DNA of 64,000 nt, from NCBI GenBank assembly GCA_040757625.1, contig JBFLWU010000015.1, positions 7,684 to 71,683 on the forward strand. Direction: 5' to 3'. Position numbers and translations under genes: made by a program. This DNA comes from Thermodesulfobacteriota bacterium. Lineage in GTDB: Bacteria > Desulfobacterota > Desulfobacteria > Desulfobacterales > JARGFK01. The notes below the pieces were generated by a model. That model had not been told where the DNA came from. It saw nothing but the letters and a program-made list of their open reading frames with translations, and did no database searches. Positions 9,178-17,602 of this stretch are shown piece by piece; the first letter of the stretch is position 1, and every line of letters starts with the position of its first letter.

Positions 9178-9729
9178 ATGCAGTACGAAGAAGCGAAAAA
9201 AGCGGTGAAAGGCGATAAACACGCCAATTACTATCAGGAGTTTCTTGAGCAGTCAAAAGCGTTTCGAGCAGATTACCGGAATCGCAAGAATGTCGTCAAG
9301 GCCGAGGAGATGCCCTGGGATGATTCCGTACAGGGACGCATCAAGCATATGGTGAATGAAAAGATGAATACGCGTGAATGCGCCATCGACCTGTATCAGC
9401 AGTTTCTGAAGCCGGGAGGCGCCAGCGGCAAACACCGTCACATGTCTGAAGAAATATTATATGTGCTGGAAGGAAAAGGATATGATCTGCATTGGGATGT
9501 TAAATTCGAATGCACGGAAACCTATGCCTGGGACTGGGAAAAAGAACCCAAAAAATTTGAATGGGAAGAAGGCGATTACGTTTATATCCCACCTTATACG
9601 ACCCATCAGCATTTTAATGCTGATAAAGAAAGACCAGTCCGGTTTATTTCTGCAACCAATCGCGTTGTAAAGAGCATGGGTTTTGACTGGATGGAACAGG
9701 TAGCGCCGGCTCCGGACTACAAACCATAA
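9178..9729 (+). CDS. monocupin, gentisate-1,2-dioxygenase-like, type B (HxH..E..H pattern)
   Basis: ORF trimmed to ATG 9178 (GGGGAGG upstream). Motif 1 is GASGKHRHMSEEILYVLEG and motif 2 is GDYVYIPPYTTHQHFN. Confidence 0.8.
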   Translation: MQYEEAKKAVKGDKHANYYQEFLEQSKAFRADYRNRKNVVKAEEMPWDDSVQGRIKHMVNEKMNTRECAIDLYQQFLKPGGASGKHRHMSEEILYVLEGKGYDLHWDVKFECTETYAWDWEKEPKKFEWEEGDYVYIPPYTTHQHFNADKERPVRFISATNRVVKSMGFDWMEQVAPAPDYKP

Positions 9730-9796
9730 TTTGGATTTTGATAAACATTGGCGCCGCGGAACAAAAACCGTGGGGATGACTTGGAGGTGATCTGAG

Positions 9797-11221
9797 ATGC
9801 ACAAGGACCTGAGAGAATGGATAGAAAAAGCGGATAAGATGGGCCGGGTGGTTCGAATTACGGGCGCCCACTGGGATAAGGAAATGGGGACCCTGGCTGA
9901 ATTGTTTTGCACGAAAAAAGGGCTGGAAACCCCCACATTATTATTTGAAAACGTTAAAGGCTGCGCCAAAGGGTACCGGGTGTTGTTTCATGAATTGATC
10001 ACCCCATGGGCGGTGGCGCTCACCATGGATTTCCCCTTGGAATATGAATCCCTGGTGGATCTGGTAAAGGTCGTACATCAAAAGGTCGAGAATATCAAAC
10101 CCATTCCCATTAAAAAGGTTAAAAAAGGACCGGTTCAGGAAAACATTCAGCAGGGTGATGAAGTCAATCTACTGAAATTCCCGGTACCGCTTTTTTCGGT
10201 ATTTGATGGCGGCCGCTATATCGGGACATCGGATGTCGTCATCATGAAAGACCCTGACATAGGATATATTAATCTGGGGACCTACCGCATGCAGCTTTAT
10301 GATGAGAAATCCGCGGCGCTTTTTATCTCCCCTGGAAAACACGCCAATATCATCCGGCAAAAATATTGGGAAAAGGGGCAGCCGTGCCCGGTGGCGGTGA
10401 GCCTCGGCCAGGATCCCTGCCTGGCGCTGTTTGCCGGAAACGAAGTTCCCTTCGGGATCAGCGAATATGAACTGGTGGGCGGTTTGAAAGGCAAACCCGT
10501 CGAAGTAGTCGAAGCTCCGGAAACCGGCCTTCCGGTCCCGGCAAATTCAGAGATTGTCATCGAAGGTTACTGTTATCCCGATGACAATCAGCCCGAAGGG
10601 CCTTTTCCGGAGTGGACCGGTTATTACGGCAGTTCCAGCAGAAAAGAGCCGGTGATGCGGGTCAAAACAGTCCTGCATCGCAACGATCCCATCCTGACGG
10701 CCCGGCATGAAATCCGCAACAAGGCGTTTGATTTCCGGTCCTTGATGCGTTCCGCCCTTCTCTGGAAGGAACTGGAGACCGCCGGGATTCCGGAGGTTAA
10801 AGGCGTCTGGCGCTATGAACAGGCAGGGTCTCGATACTTTAATGTGATATCGATCAAACAGCGCTATTACGGACATGCCCGCCAGGTGCTGCACGTGGCG
10901 GCCCAGACCACGGCCGGCGCCTATGCCGGCCGATGGGTGGTGGTGGTGGACGACGATATCGATCCGGCCAATATTCATGAAGTGTTGTGGGCCATGGCCA
11001 CCCGCTGCCAGCCGGCCACAGACATTGAATTCATCAACCGGTCGCGTAGCACCCCGCTTGACCCGTTGTGCTTTGATAAGAACAAAAACTACTATACTTC
11101 CCTGGCCCTGGTGGATGCGTGCATTCCTTATGAAGAAAAGGATAACTTTCCCCGGGCGACCGGTGCGCCGGCGGAATACGCCAGGAAAATTTACCAGAAA
11201 TGGCGTAAACTTTTCAAGTAA
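9797..11221 (+). CDS. UbiD-family decarboxylase/carboxylase, 474 aa, phenylphosphate-carboxylase-like class (U2)
   Basis: GGAGGTGA RBS. Blocks FDGGRYIGT, EGPFPEWTGYY, IKQRYYGHARQ, VVVVDDDIDP and STPLDP...VDACIPYE. Confidence 0.9.
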   Translation: MHKDLREWIEKADKMGRVVRITGAHWDKEMGTLAELFCTKKGLETPTLLFENVKGCAKGYRVLFHELITPWAVALTMDFPLEYESLVDLVKVVHQKVENIKPIPIKKVKKGPVQENIQQGDEVNLLKFPVPLFSVFDGGRYIGTSDVVIMKDPDIGYINLGTYRMQLYDEKSAALFISPGKHANIIRQKYWEKGQPCPVAVSLGQDPCLALFAGNEVPFGISEYELVGGLKGKPVEVVEAPETGLPVPANSEIVIEGYCYPDDNQPEGPFPEWTGYYGSSSRKEPVMRVKTVLHRNDPILTARHEIRNKAFDFRSLMRSALLWKELETAGIPEVKGVWRYEQAGSRYFNVISIKQRYYGHARQVLHVAAQTTAGAYAGRWVVVVDDDIDPANIHEVLWAMATRCQPATDIEFINRSRSTPLDPLCFDKNKNYYTSLALVDACIPYEEKDNFPRATGAPAEYARKIYQKWRKLFK

Positions 11222-11457
11222 ATCACGGTACTGTCTGCTCCAAACAGGTAATCAAGGCGCTACATTTCAAAGCATTTCTGGGGACAACCCGCCGGCATGT
11301 GCGGATAAAATTTGTTTTGCAGACGGATCCGAAAAGTCATTTTGGCCGACACCTGAATTTTGAACGAACAGATTGAAGGATGGAGTCGTTTTTCTTCGAT
11401 TATCATCAAGTTTCAGGTGGCAAGAATTGCGATAACCATTTAAAAGGAGGGGGGGGT

Positions 11458-12429
11458 ATGAGAAGAAAAAGCTGGCAAGTATTCCTGGTTGGAGGTCTGG
11501 CATTGATGTTAATGGCTTCGGCAATCAACACCCATGAGGCTTACGCTGAAAACTATCCGGAAAAGGACATCCTTTGGATTATACCCTTGCGGGCCGGCGG
11601 TGGATATGACACCTATTCGAGAAGAATTGCGCCGGTTATGTCGAAATATCTTCCCAACAAAGTCAATGTGGGGGCAAAAAACATTACAGGGGCGGGTGGC
11701 GTCACAGGCGTCAGCACGGTCTTTAAATCCAAACCGGATGGTTACACTATTGGTCTGGCGGCCTATCCCGGACTGGCGGTTGCAAGCATGACCATGGATA
11801 TCGGCTTTGATCCCAACCAACTGACCCCTCTTGCACAGATTGCGGTGAGCGAGCAGGCGCTGTTCGTTTCGAGCAAATCAAAGCTGAAATCTCTGGATGA
11901 CCTCAAGAAGACCAAGGGCGTCCGCCTGGGGACGACCTCACGGGGGGCGTCCATGTTTTCTTTCTCGCTGGTAGCCAGCAAGACGCTGGGGATTGACTCC
12001 GAACTGGTAACCGGATACGGCGGGACTTCCGATATTATACCGGCAATCATGCGGGGGGATGTTGACGGTGCCGTACTGAATCTGACACAGCTGAAAAAAT
12101 ATATCGAGAGCGGTGATTTAAAACCGCTTTTTACGTTTACCTCCAAACGGCATGAACTGACTCCGGATGTGCCCTGCGTGTCCGAACTGGGTGTCCCGGA
12201 AGCAACGGTTGTCCAGGACTACAAGATGCTGTTTGCCCCGCCGGGACTGCCGAAAGACCGGCTGGACATTCTGAAAAAAGCGCTAGTCGATTCATTTAAC
12301 GACAAGGAGTTGCTGGAATGGTCAAAGAAATCTAGCATGCCGCTGGAATTGAAAATGGATGCGGAAATGAAAGCTGAAATCGACAAAATGACCAAGGTTT
12401 ACGGGCAGTATAAGGAACTACTGAAATAG
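11458..12429 (+). CDS. tctC: TctC-family solute-binding protein (second one in this operon)
   Basis: ORF trimmed to ATG 11458 (AAGGAGGGGGG upstream). Signal peptide MRRKSWQVFLVGGLALMLMASA and the motif RAGGGYDTYSR. Confidence 0.9.
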   Translation: MRRKSWQVFLVGGLALMLMASAINTHEAYAENYPEKDILWIIPLRAGGGYDTYSRRIAPVMSKYLPNKVNVGAKNITGAGGVTGVSTVFKSKPDGYTIGLAAYPGLAVASMTMDIGFDPNQLTPLAQIAVSEQALFVSSKSKLKSLDDLKKTKGVRLGTTSRGASMFSFSLVASKTLGIDSELVTGYGGTSDIIPAIMRGDVDGAVLNLTQLKKYIESGDLKPLFTFTSKRHELTPDVPCVSELGVPEATVVQDYKMLFAPPGLPKDRLDILKKALVDSFNDKELLEWSKKSSMPLELKMDAEMKAEIDKMTKVYGQYKELLK

Positions 12430-12440
12430 ATGGAAAGCAT

Positions 12441-12473
12441 CGCGGAGGGGACTCTCCTTCCGCGGTGATTTTT
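12441..12473 (+). terminator. intercistronic hairpin plus T5 (partial terminator/attenuator) between tctC and tctA
   Basis: 10-bp stem CGCGGAGGGG/TCCTTCCGCG with loop ACTC, followed by GTGATTTTT. Confidence 0.45.
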
Positions 12474-12489
12474 CTCAAGGGGGGCGCAT

Positions 12490-13989
12490 ATGGGGTTGTT
12501 CGAGGCCATGACGGTTGCTTTATTCAAAGCCTTTGAGCTGCAGAATCTGTTATATGTTTCCCTGGGAACGATTATCGGCCTGGTGTTCGGCTGTCTTCCC
12601 GGTCTCTCAAGCGTGGTGGGCCTTAGTCTGCTGCTTCCGCTGACATTCGGCATGGATCCGATGTCGGGCATGTTCCTTTATGCCGGCGTCATGGGCGCCA
12701 ACCCGTTCGGGGGGTCCATCAGCGCTATTTTAATCAATACTCCCGGAACGGCAGTCAATGTCGCCACCTGCTTTGATGGATATCCCATGACCCAGCGGGG
12801 CGAAGCCGGCCGGGCCCTGGGGATTTCAGCTACTGCTTCCGGCCTGGGAGCGGTTTTCGGTCTGGTGATATTGATTCTATTAATTCCGGTGGTTCGACAG
12901 ACAATTATGCTGTTCGGGCCGCCGGAGTTTTTGATGTTTATCCTGTTCGGTCTGAGTTCCATCGTGGTTGCATCCCGCGGCAATATGATCAAGGGGCTTC
13001 TGGGCGGCGGGCTGGGTATGCTGGTCGCCTGCGTGGGACGAAGCCCCATTACCGGGGCGATCCGCTTCAGCCGCGACATACAATATTTCTGGGACGGCAT
13101 CGAGCTGATTCCGTTTGTAATCGGAATGTTTGCCCTGTCTGAAGTGATTCATCTTACCGTAACGGGGAAGACCAAGATCGCCACCCGCAAAATTGAAGGC
13201 AAGATCAGCGGTGTGTGGGAAGGCGTCAAAGATGTATTCCGCTATAAACTCTGTTTTTTCAGAAGTTCGGCCATCGGCACCCTGATCGGGATCATTCCGG
13301 GCATCGGCGGTGCGACGGCCAATTTTATCGCCTACACGGTTGCCATGCAGACATCCAGACATCCCGAAAAGTTCGGTACCGGAACTCCCGAAGGGGTCGT
13401 TGCTGCCGAGTCGGCCAATAATGCCAAGGAAGGCGGCTCCCTGCTGCCCACCGTGGGCTTCGGCATCCCGGGTAGCGTGGAAATGGCGGTGTTGCTGGGT
13501 GCTTTTATCCTGCATGGCTTGGTCCCCGGGCCGCTTCTGATAAAGGAAAACCTTGATATCGTTTGGGCGATTATCTGGGGGTTGGTCATTTCCAATGTGC
13601 TGGCATCCACGTTCGGATTGCTGGCCGCAAAGATCCTTGTCAGGGTTTCTTTTATCGAAGTATCCATCATCATCCCTGTGGTCGCAGCGATATCACTGAC
13701 CGGCGCTTATGCCAACAGGGGCAGTATTATCGACATGCTGATGGCTGTGATATTCGGGTTTTTCAGCTATTTTATGCGACGCAACGGATTTCCGGTGATC
13801 ACGCTGGTGATCGGTTTTGTGCTGGGCAAACTGGCGGAAGTCTCCTTTTTCCAGTCCCTGATGGTTTCGCGGGGCGATTATTTCGTATTCTTCAAAAGGC
13901 CGCTTCCCCTTACCCTGTTTCTTCTCCTGCTGGTGGTTCTGGTTCTTCCCTTTATCCGCCAAAAAGGAAGGCAAAAGGAAAGCTCATGA
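12490..13989 (+). CDS. tctA: TctA large permease subunit
   Basis: 499 aa polytopic membrane protein with TctA blocks GxxPGLS, INTPGT and GIPGS. Confidence 0.95.
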   Translation: MGLFEAMTVALFKAFELQNLLYVSLGTIIGLVFGCLPGLSSVVGLSLLLPLTFGMDPMSGMFLYAGVMGANPFGGSISAILINTPGTAVNVATCFDGYPMTQRGEAGRALGISATASGLGAVFGLVILILLIPVVRQTIMLFGPPEFLMFILFGLSSIVVASRGNMIKGLLGGGLGMLVACVGRSPITGAIRFSRDIQYFWDGIELIPFVIGMFALSEVIHLTVTGKTKIATRKIEGKISGVWEGVKDVFRYKLCFFRSSAIGTLIGIIPGIGGATANFIAYTVAMQTSRHPEKFGTGTPEGVVAAESANNAKEGGSLLPTVGFGIPGSVEMAVLLGAFILHGLVPGPLLIKENLDIVWAIIWGLVISNVLASTFGLLAAKILVRVSFIEVSIIIPVVAAISLTGAYANRGSIIDMLMAVIFGFFSYFMRRNGFPVITLVIGFVLGKLAEVSFFQSLMVSRGDYFVFFKRPLPLTLFLLLLVVLVLPFIRQKGRQKESS

Positions 13990-14477
13990 AAAAGAAAGAA
14001 GGCATCGTTTTTTCGGCGTTGCTGTGCTGTCTGGTAGGGGTGGCGCTTGTCAGCAGCTTTTCATATAATCTGAAAACCCGGATGGTGCCGGTGATCGTGG
14101 GAAGCGGCAGCCTGATACTGAGCGTCATGATTCTGCTGGGGGAACTCATCCCGAGGTTCAGGCAGTTATTTGAGGTCGATCTATTCACCCGGGACAAGAT
14201 CGTCTCACGTGAAAAATTACCGGGAAAATGGGATGAGAAAAAAGGGCTGTCCATCGCTGTTTTCTGGGTGCTGCTTTTTGCGGTGCTGTTGTTTCTGGCA
14301 GGGTTTAATGTGGCCGTTCCGGTCTGCGTGCTGATTTATGTCCGGGCTTTCGGCCGACAGTCCTGGCCGGCGTCTCTAACGGTAACGGCAATGGTCTGGG
14401 TTTTTATCTTTGGATTGTTTCAAATCATTATGGATTATAAACTGTTTGAAGGGATATTGTTCGGGGGGATTGTCTGA
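13986..14477 (+). CDS. tctB: TctB small membrane subunit
   Basis: ATG 13986 overlaps the tctA stop (ATGA coupling). 163 aa with 4 hydrophobic helices. Confidence 0.75.
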   Translation: MKKKEGIVFSALLCCLVGVALVSSFSYNLKTRMVPVIVGSGSLILSVMILLGELIPRFRQLFEVDLFTRDKIVSREKLPGKWDEKKGLSIAVFWVLLFAVLLFLAGFNVAVPVCVLIYVRAFGRQSWPASLTVTAMVWVFIFGLFQIIMDYKLFEGILFGGIV

Positions 14478-14632
14478 CACATTACTGCAAGCCGAGTCTT
14501 GGAATGCCAACATGCACGGACAGGTGATGGTTGTTGGCAGCCGTACTGTCACCCCATATCTAAATCCGTCCATTGCTACAAGTTCTAAGTACGGATATTT
14601 TCGGGTGTGCAATTCGCAAAAGGGGGCCGGTG

Positions 14633-15400
14633 ATGTTGATTGATTTAAAAGGGAAATCCGGAATCATTACGGGCGGCGGGCACGGCATCGGGCGGGCGTA
14701 TTGTATCGGCATGGCAAAGGCCGGTGCGAAAGTGGTCGCGGCTGACATTGACTTTGATGCCGCACAGGAAACGATCAGACTGGTTGAAGAAGGAGGCGGC
14801 GAGGGGATTGCCGTGCAAGTGGACGTGGCCGATGAGCTAAGCACGACCCATATGGCACAGGCAGCCATAAAAGCATACGGACAGATTGATTTTCTGGTAA
14901 ACAATGCTGCTGTTTTTGCGACAATCCCCATTTCGCGGGTTCCTTTTGACGAGGTCTCCCTGGACGAATGGGACAGGCTGATGAACGTGAATCTGAAGGG
15001 GACCTGGCTTTGCTGCCGTGCGGTCGCGCCGCAGATGAAAAAACAGAAATCGGGGAAGATCATCAATATTTCGTCCGGTTCTGTTTATTCCGGGACCGGG
15101 ATGCGCATTCATTATGTTACTTCGAAAGCCGGCATTATCGGTTTTACCCGAACACTGGCGCGGGAACTCGGCGACTATAACATCACCGTCAATGCCTTGG
15201 CCCCGGGGTCGACCTTGAGCGAAAAACCGGAAGATCCCAACGCAATCGAATACCGGAAGAAGGCGCTGGGTAAAAGATGCCTGAAGCGGCTGCAGTTTCC
15301 CGAGGATCTAGTCGGAACCATGGTGTTTTTATGTTCGAATGCCAGCGACTTTATGACCGGCCAGACGATGGTCGTGGACGGCGGCGCCATGATGATATAG
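14633..15400 (+). CDS. short-chain dehydrogenase/reductase (SDR)
   Basis: ORF trimmed to ATG 14633. TGGGHGIGRAY glycine motif, NNAA, and the Y..K catalytic pair in YVTSKAG. Confidence 0.9.
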   Translation: MLIDLKGKSGIITGGGHGIGRAYCIGMAKAGAKVVAADIDFDAAQETIRLVEEGGGEGIAVQVDVADELSTTHMAQAAIKAYGQIDFLVNNAAVFATIPISRVPFDEVSLDEWDRLMNVNLKGTWLCCRAVAPQMKKQKSGKIINISSGSVYSGTGMRIHYVTSKAGIIGFTRTLARELGDYNITVNALAPGSTLSEKPEDPNAIEYRKKALGKRCLKRLQFPEDLVGTMVFLCSNASDFMTGQTMVVDGGAMMI

Positions 15401-15490
15401 GGGCATGCGGATTCAGCTGCGATGATGCCCCCGAAAAATCTCGGAATACGATTCAATATTATTGCGGCTTACGCGGCGGCAGTAATATTT

Positions 15491-16441
15491 TCACCTGGCT
15501 GATTTGCCGGGATCGGTTAGCGGCGCCAAACCAAGGAGCCGGGCCGGGTTGACGCATGCCATGGTCTTTAAGCTCTCTTCAGGGATCCCTGAAACCAGCA
15601 GGCGTCCGATGAACATCCGAAGGAACTCCGGTCCGGGAGGCGTCCATTCCATAAACGTGTCGGTACTGAGGATGCAATGCGCAGGTCCCAGTTCGTCAAT
15701 AAAATCAAGCATCCTGTCAAGTACACTGCCGTAGAAAATATTAATGGCGGCCAGTTCGACATAGGCGCCCCGTCTGGTCATTTCTTTTGTCTGTTCCAAT
15801 GTGGCGCCCACGCCGCTGGAGAGGGGATGGGTGAAGATCAGATTTGAATAACCGATGCGTTCGGCTTCCTGGGCCACCGCCAAGCTTTCTTCCGGAGAAA
15901 TATGGCCGGTGCAAAGGACCAAATCCATCTCTTTAGCCAGTCGGACAATGCTCTGCACGTCCGCTGTTACTTTCCCGGAAGAATTGACACAGCATAATCC
16001 GGGTTCGAATTGAAGCGAAGGGAACCATGTTTTCATCATTGCGGCAAAACCGCCCTGACCCAATTTGTAGCTTGAACTCCAGGTGGGCAACCAGACCACC
16101 TTGGCCCCCTGCCGGGCAGCGGCTTCAACCACCCAGGGGTTAAGGCCGCCCGTTACCGAGTTTAAAACAATACTGCTGAAGCACTCAATACCCGGAATCA
16201 TCCGGCGCAAATGATATACCCGTCCGATACTGGGCCACATCTGGGATTTGATGACGATCCCGCGCATCCCCATATCCAGGGCCATTTGGAGTATTTCCAC
16301 ATCTTCCAGGCGGGCCTTTACACCCAGTGTGATTTCAGGATAGCCATGGTAATGCATATCGATGGCGCCCTGCATCAGGGGGCCGACGCTTTTGGTTTCG
16401 GCAACCTTTGCGATGTTTTCCCGATTCATGCTTTTTGACAT
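15491..16441 (-). CDS. amidohydrolase-superfamily TIM-barrel protein (function unknown)
   Basis: Trimmed to ATG 16441 (GGAGGAG RBS, 14 nt after the upstream SDR stop). HxH metal motif DMHYHG near the N-terminus. 316 aa. Confidence 0.65.
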   Translation of the reverse strand: MSKSMNRENIAKVAETKSVGPLMQGAIDMHYHGYPEITLGVKARLEDVEILQMALDMGMRGIVIKSQMWPSIGRVYHLRRMIPGIECFSSIVLNSVTGGLNPWVVEAAARQGAKVVWLPTWSSSYKLGQGGFAAMMKTWFPSLQFEPGLCCVNSSGKVTADVQSIVRLAKEMDLVLCTGHISPEESLAVAQEAERIGYSNLIFTHPLSSGVGATLEQTKEMTRRGAYVELAAINIFYGSVLDRMLDFIDELGPAHCILSTDTFMEWTPPGPEFLRMFIGRLLVSGIPEESLKTMACVNPARLLGLAPLTDPGKSAR

Positions 16442-16455
16442 AGGGGCTCCTCCAT

Positions 16456-17247
16456 TTAATGCAACATATCCCCGCCGTCGACGCAAATGCTCTGGCCGGT
16501 CATGAAATCGCTGTCCGATGAGGCCATGAAGATGACGGTGCCGACAAGGCTGTCGGGGTACTGGACGCGCTTGATGCAGCGCTTCGGCAGCAAGACTTCC
16601 TCGAACCGTTTCAGACGGCGTTCCATGGCTTCCTTTTCGTTGGGATCTTCCGTAACGGTTGCCCCCGGCAGCAGACAGTTCACATTGATGTTGTAGCTGC
16701 CCAGTTCACGGGCCAATGTGCGGGTCAGGCCGATGATGCCTGACTTGCTGGCGACGTAATGCACATAATTGGTGCTGCCAAAGAGAACGGTTGAAGAAGA
16801 GATATTGATGATCTTGCCGCTCTGTTGGGCCTTCATCTGCGGAAAGACCGCCCGGCAGCAAAGCAGCGTGCCCCTGAGGTTGACGGCAAAGACCCGGTCC
16901 CATTCTTCCAGATCCAGTTCATAGAAGGGTACCCGCGTTAATTTTACCCGGCCGAAAATGGCGGCATTGTTGACCAGGATGTCGATACGGCCGAATTGCG
17001 CTTGCGTCCGGCGGGCCATTTCATTGACGCTCGTTTCACTGGCCACATCGGTTTGAAGCGGCAGGGCTTCTCCGCCGGCGGTCTGAATGTCGTCGGCGGT
17101 TTTGCGGGCGGTATCCATATTAATATCGGCAATAACGACCTTGGCCCCTTCCTCGGCCATTCCCATGGCGTAGGCCCTTCCAAGACCGTATCCGCCTCCC
17201 GTTACAATGGCGATCCTGTCTTTAAGTCTCAGTCTTTCAGCGGACAT
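16456..17247 (-). CDS. short-chain dehydrogenase/reductase (SDR)
   Basis: 263 aa with TGGGYGLGRAY, NNAA and YVASKSG. Paralogous to 14633..15400. Confidence 0.9.
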   Translation of the reverse strand: MSAERLRLKDRIAIVTGGGYGLGRAYAMGMAEEGAKVVIADINMDTARKTADDIQTAGGEALPLQTDVASETSVNEMARRTQAQFGRIDILVNNAAIFGRVKLTRVPFYELDLEEWDRVFAVNLRGTLLCCRAVFPQMKAQQSGKIINISSSTVLFGSTNYVHYVASKSGIIGLTRTLARELGSYNINVNCLLPGATVTEDPNEKEAMERRLKRFEEVLLPKRCIKRVQYPDSLVGTVIFMASSDSDFMTGQSICVDGGDMLH

Positions 17248-17371
17248 GGCGGGTTACCTCCTCTCAAGCGGGTTCGGGTTGCTTTCATATCAAAAAAAAT
17301 GGATCGGATTCAGACAGGCCGGATGAAATTATCCGTAGTGCAAAAAGGGGCCTTGACGTTGTTTAAAAAAT

Positions 17372-17400
17372 CTATTAGCTACATTTTAGCTGAATTTCAA
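17372..17400 (-). promoter_or_regulatory. sigma70-like promoter (TTGAAA-17-TAATAG, minus strand) with operator C in the spacer
   Basis: Operator TAGCTAC-ATT-TTAGCTG at 17376..17392. A + strand TTGACG at 17353..17358 is also present. Confidence 0.45.
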
Positions 17401-17494
17401 TAATTATTTTTCAAGTCGGCAACAAAATTAACAAGACATTCAGGCGATACCGACGCGATATTGCCGAACCTTCTATGTGAACGCGGCGTTTAGC

Positions 17495-17523
17495 TTGACA
17501 CCCGGATGCTGTCTTTCTATACT
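17495..17523 (+). promoter_or_regulatory. near-consensus sigma70 promoter TTGACA-17-TATACT
   Basis: -35 at 17495..17500 and -10 at 17518..17523, about 80 nt upstream of the GTG start at 17603. Confidence 0.55.
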
Positions 17524-17602
17524 GCCCGGAAATCATTTCCTGCCCGTCAAATGGTATCGTTGCGGCTGTTGCCTGGAATCCCGTCACCGTAAGGAGGGCT
17601 CC

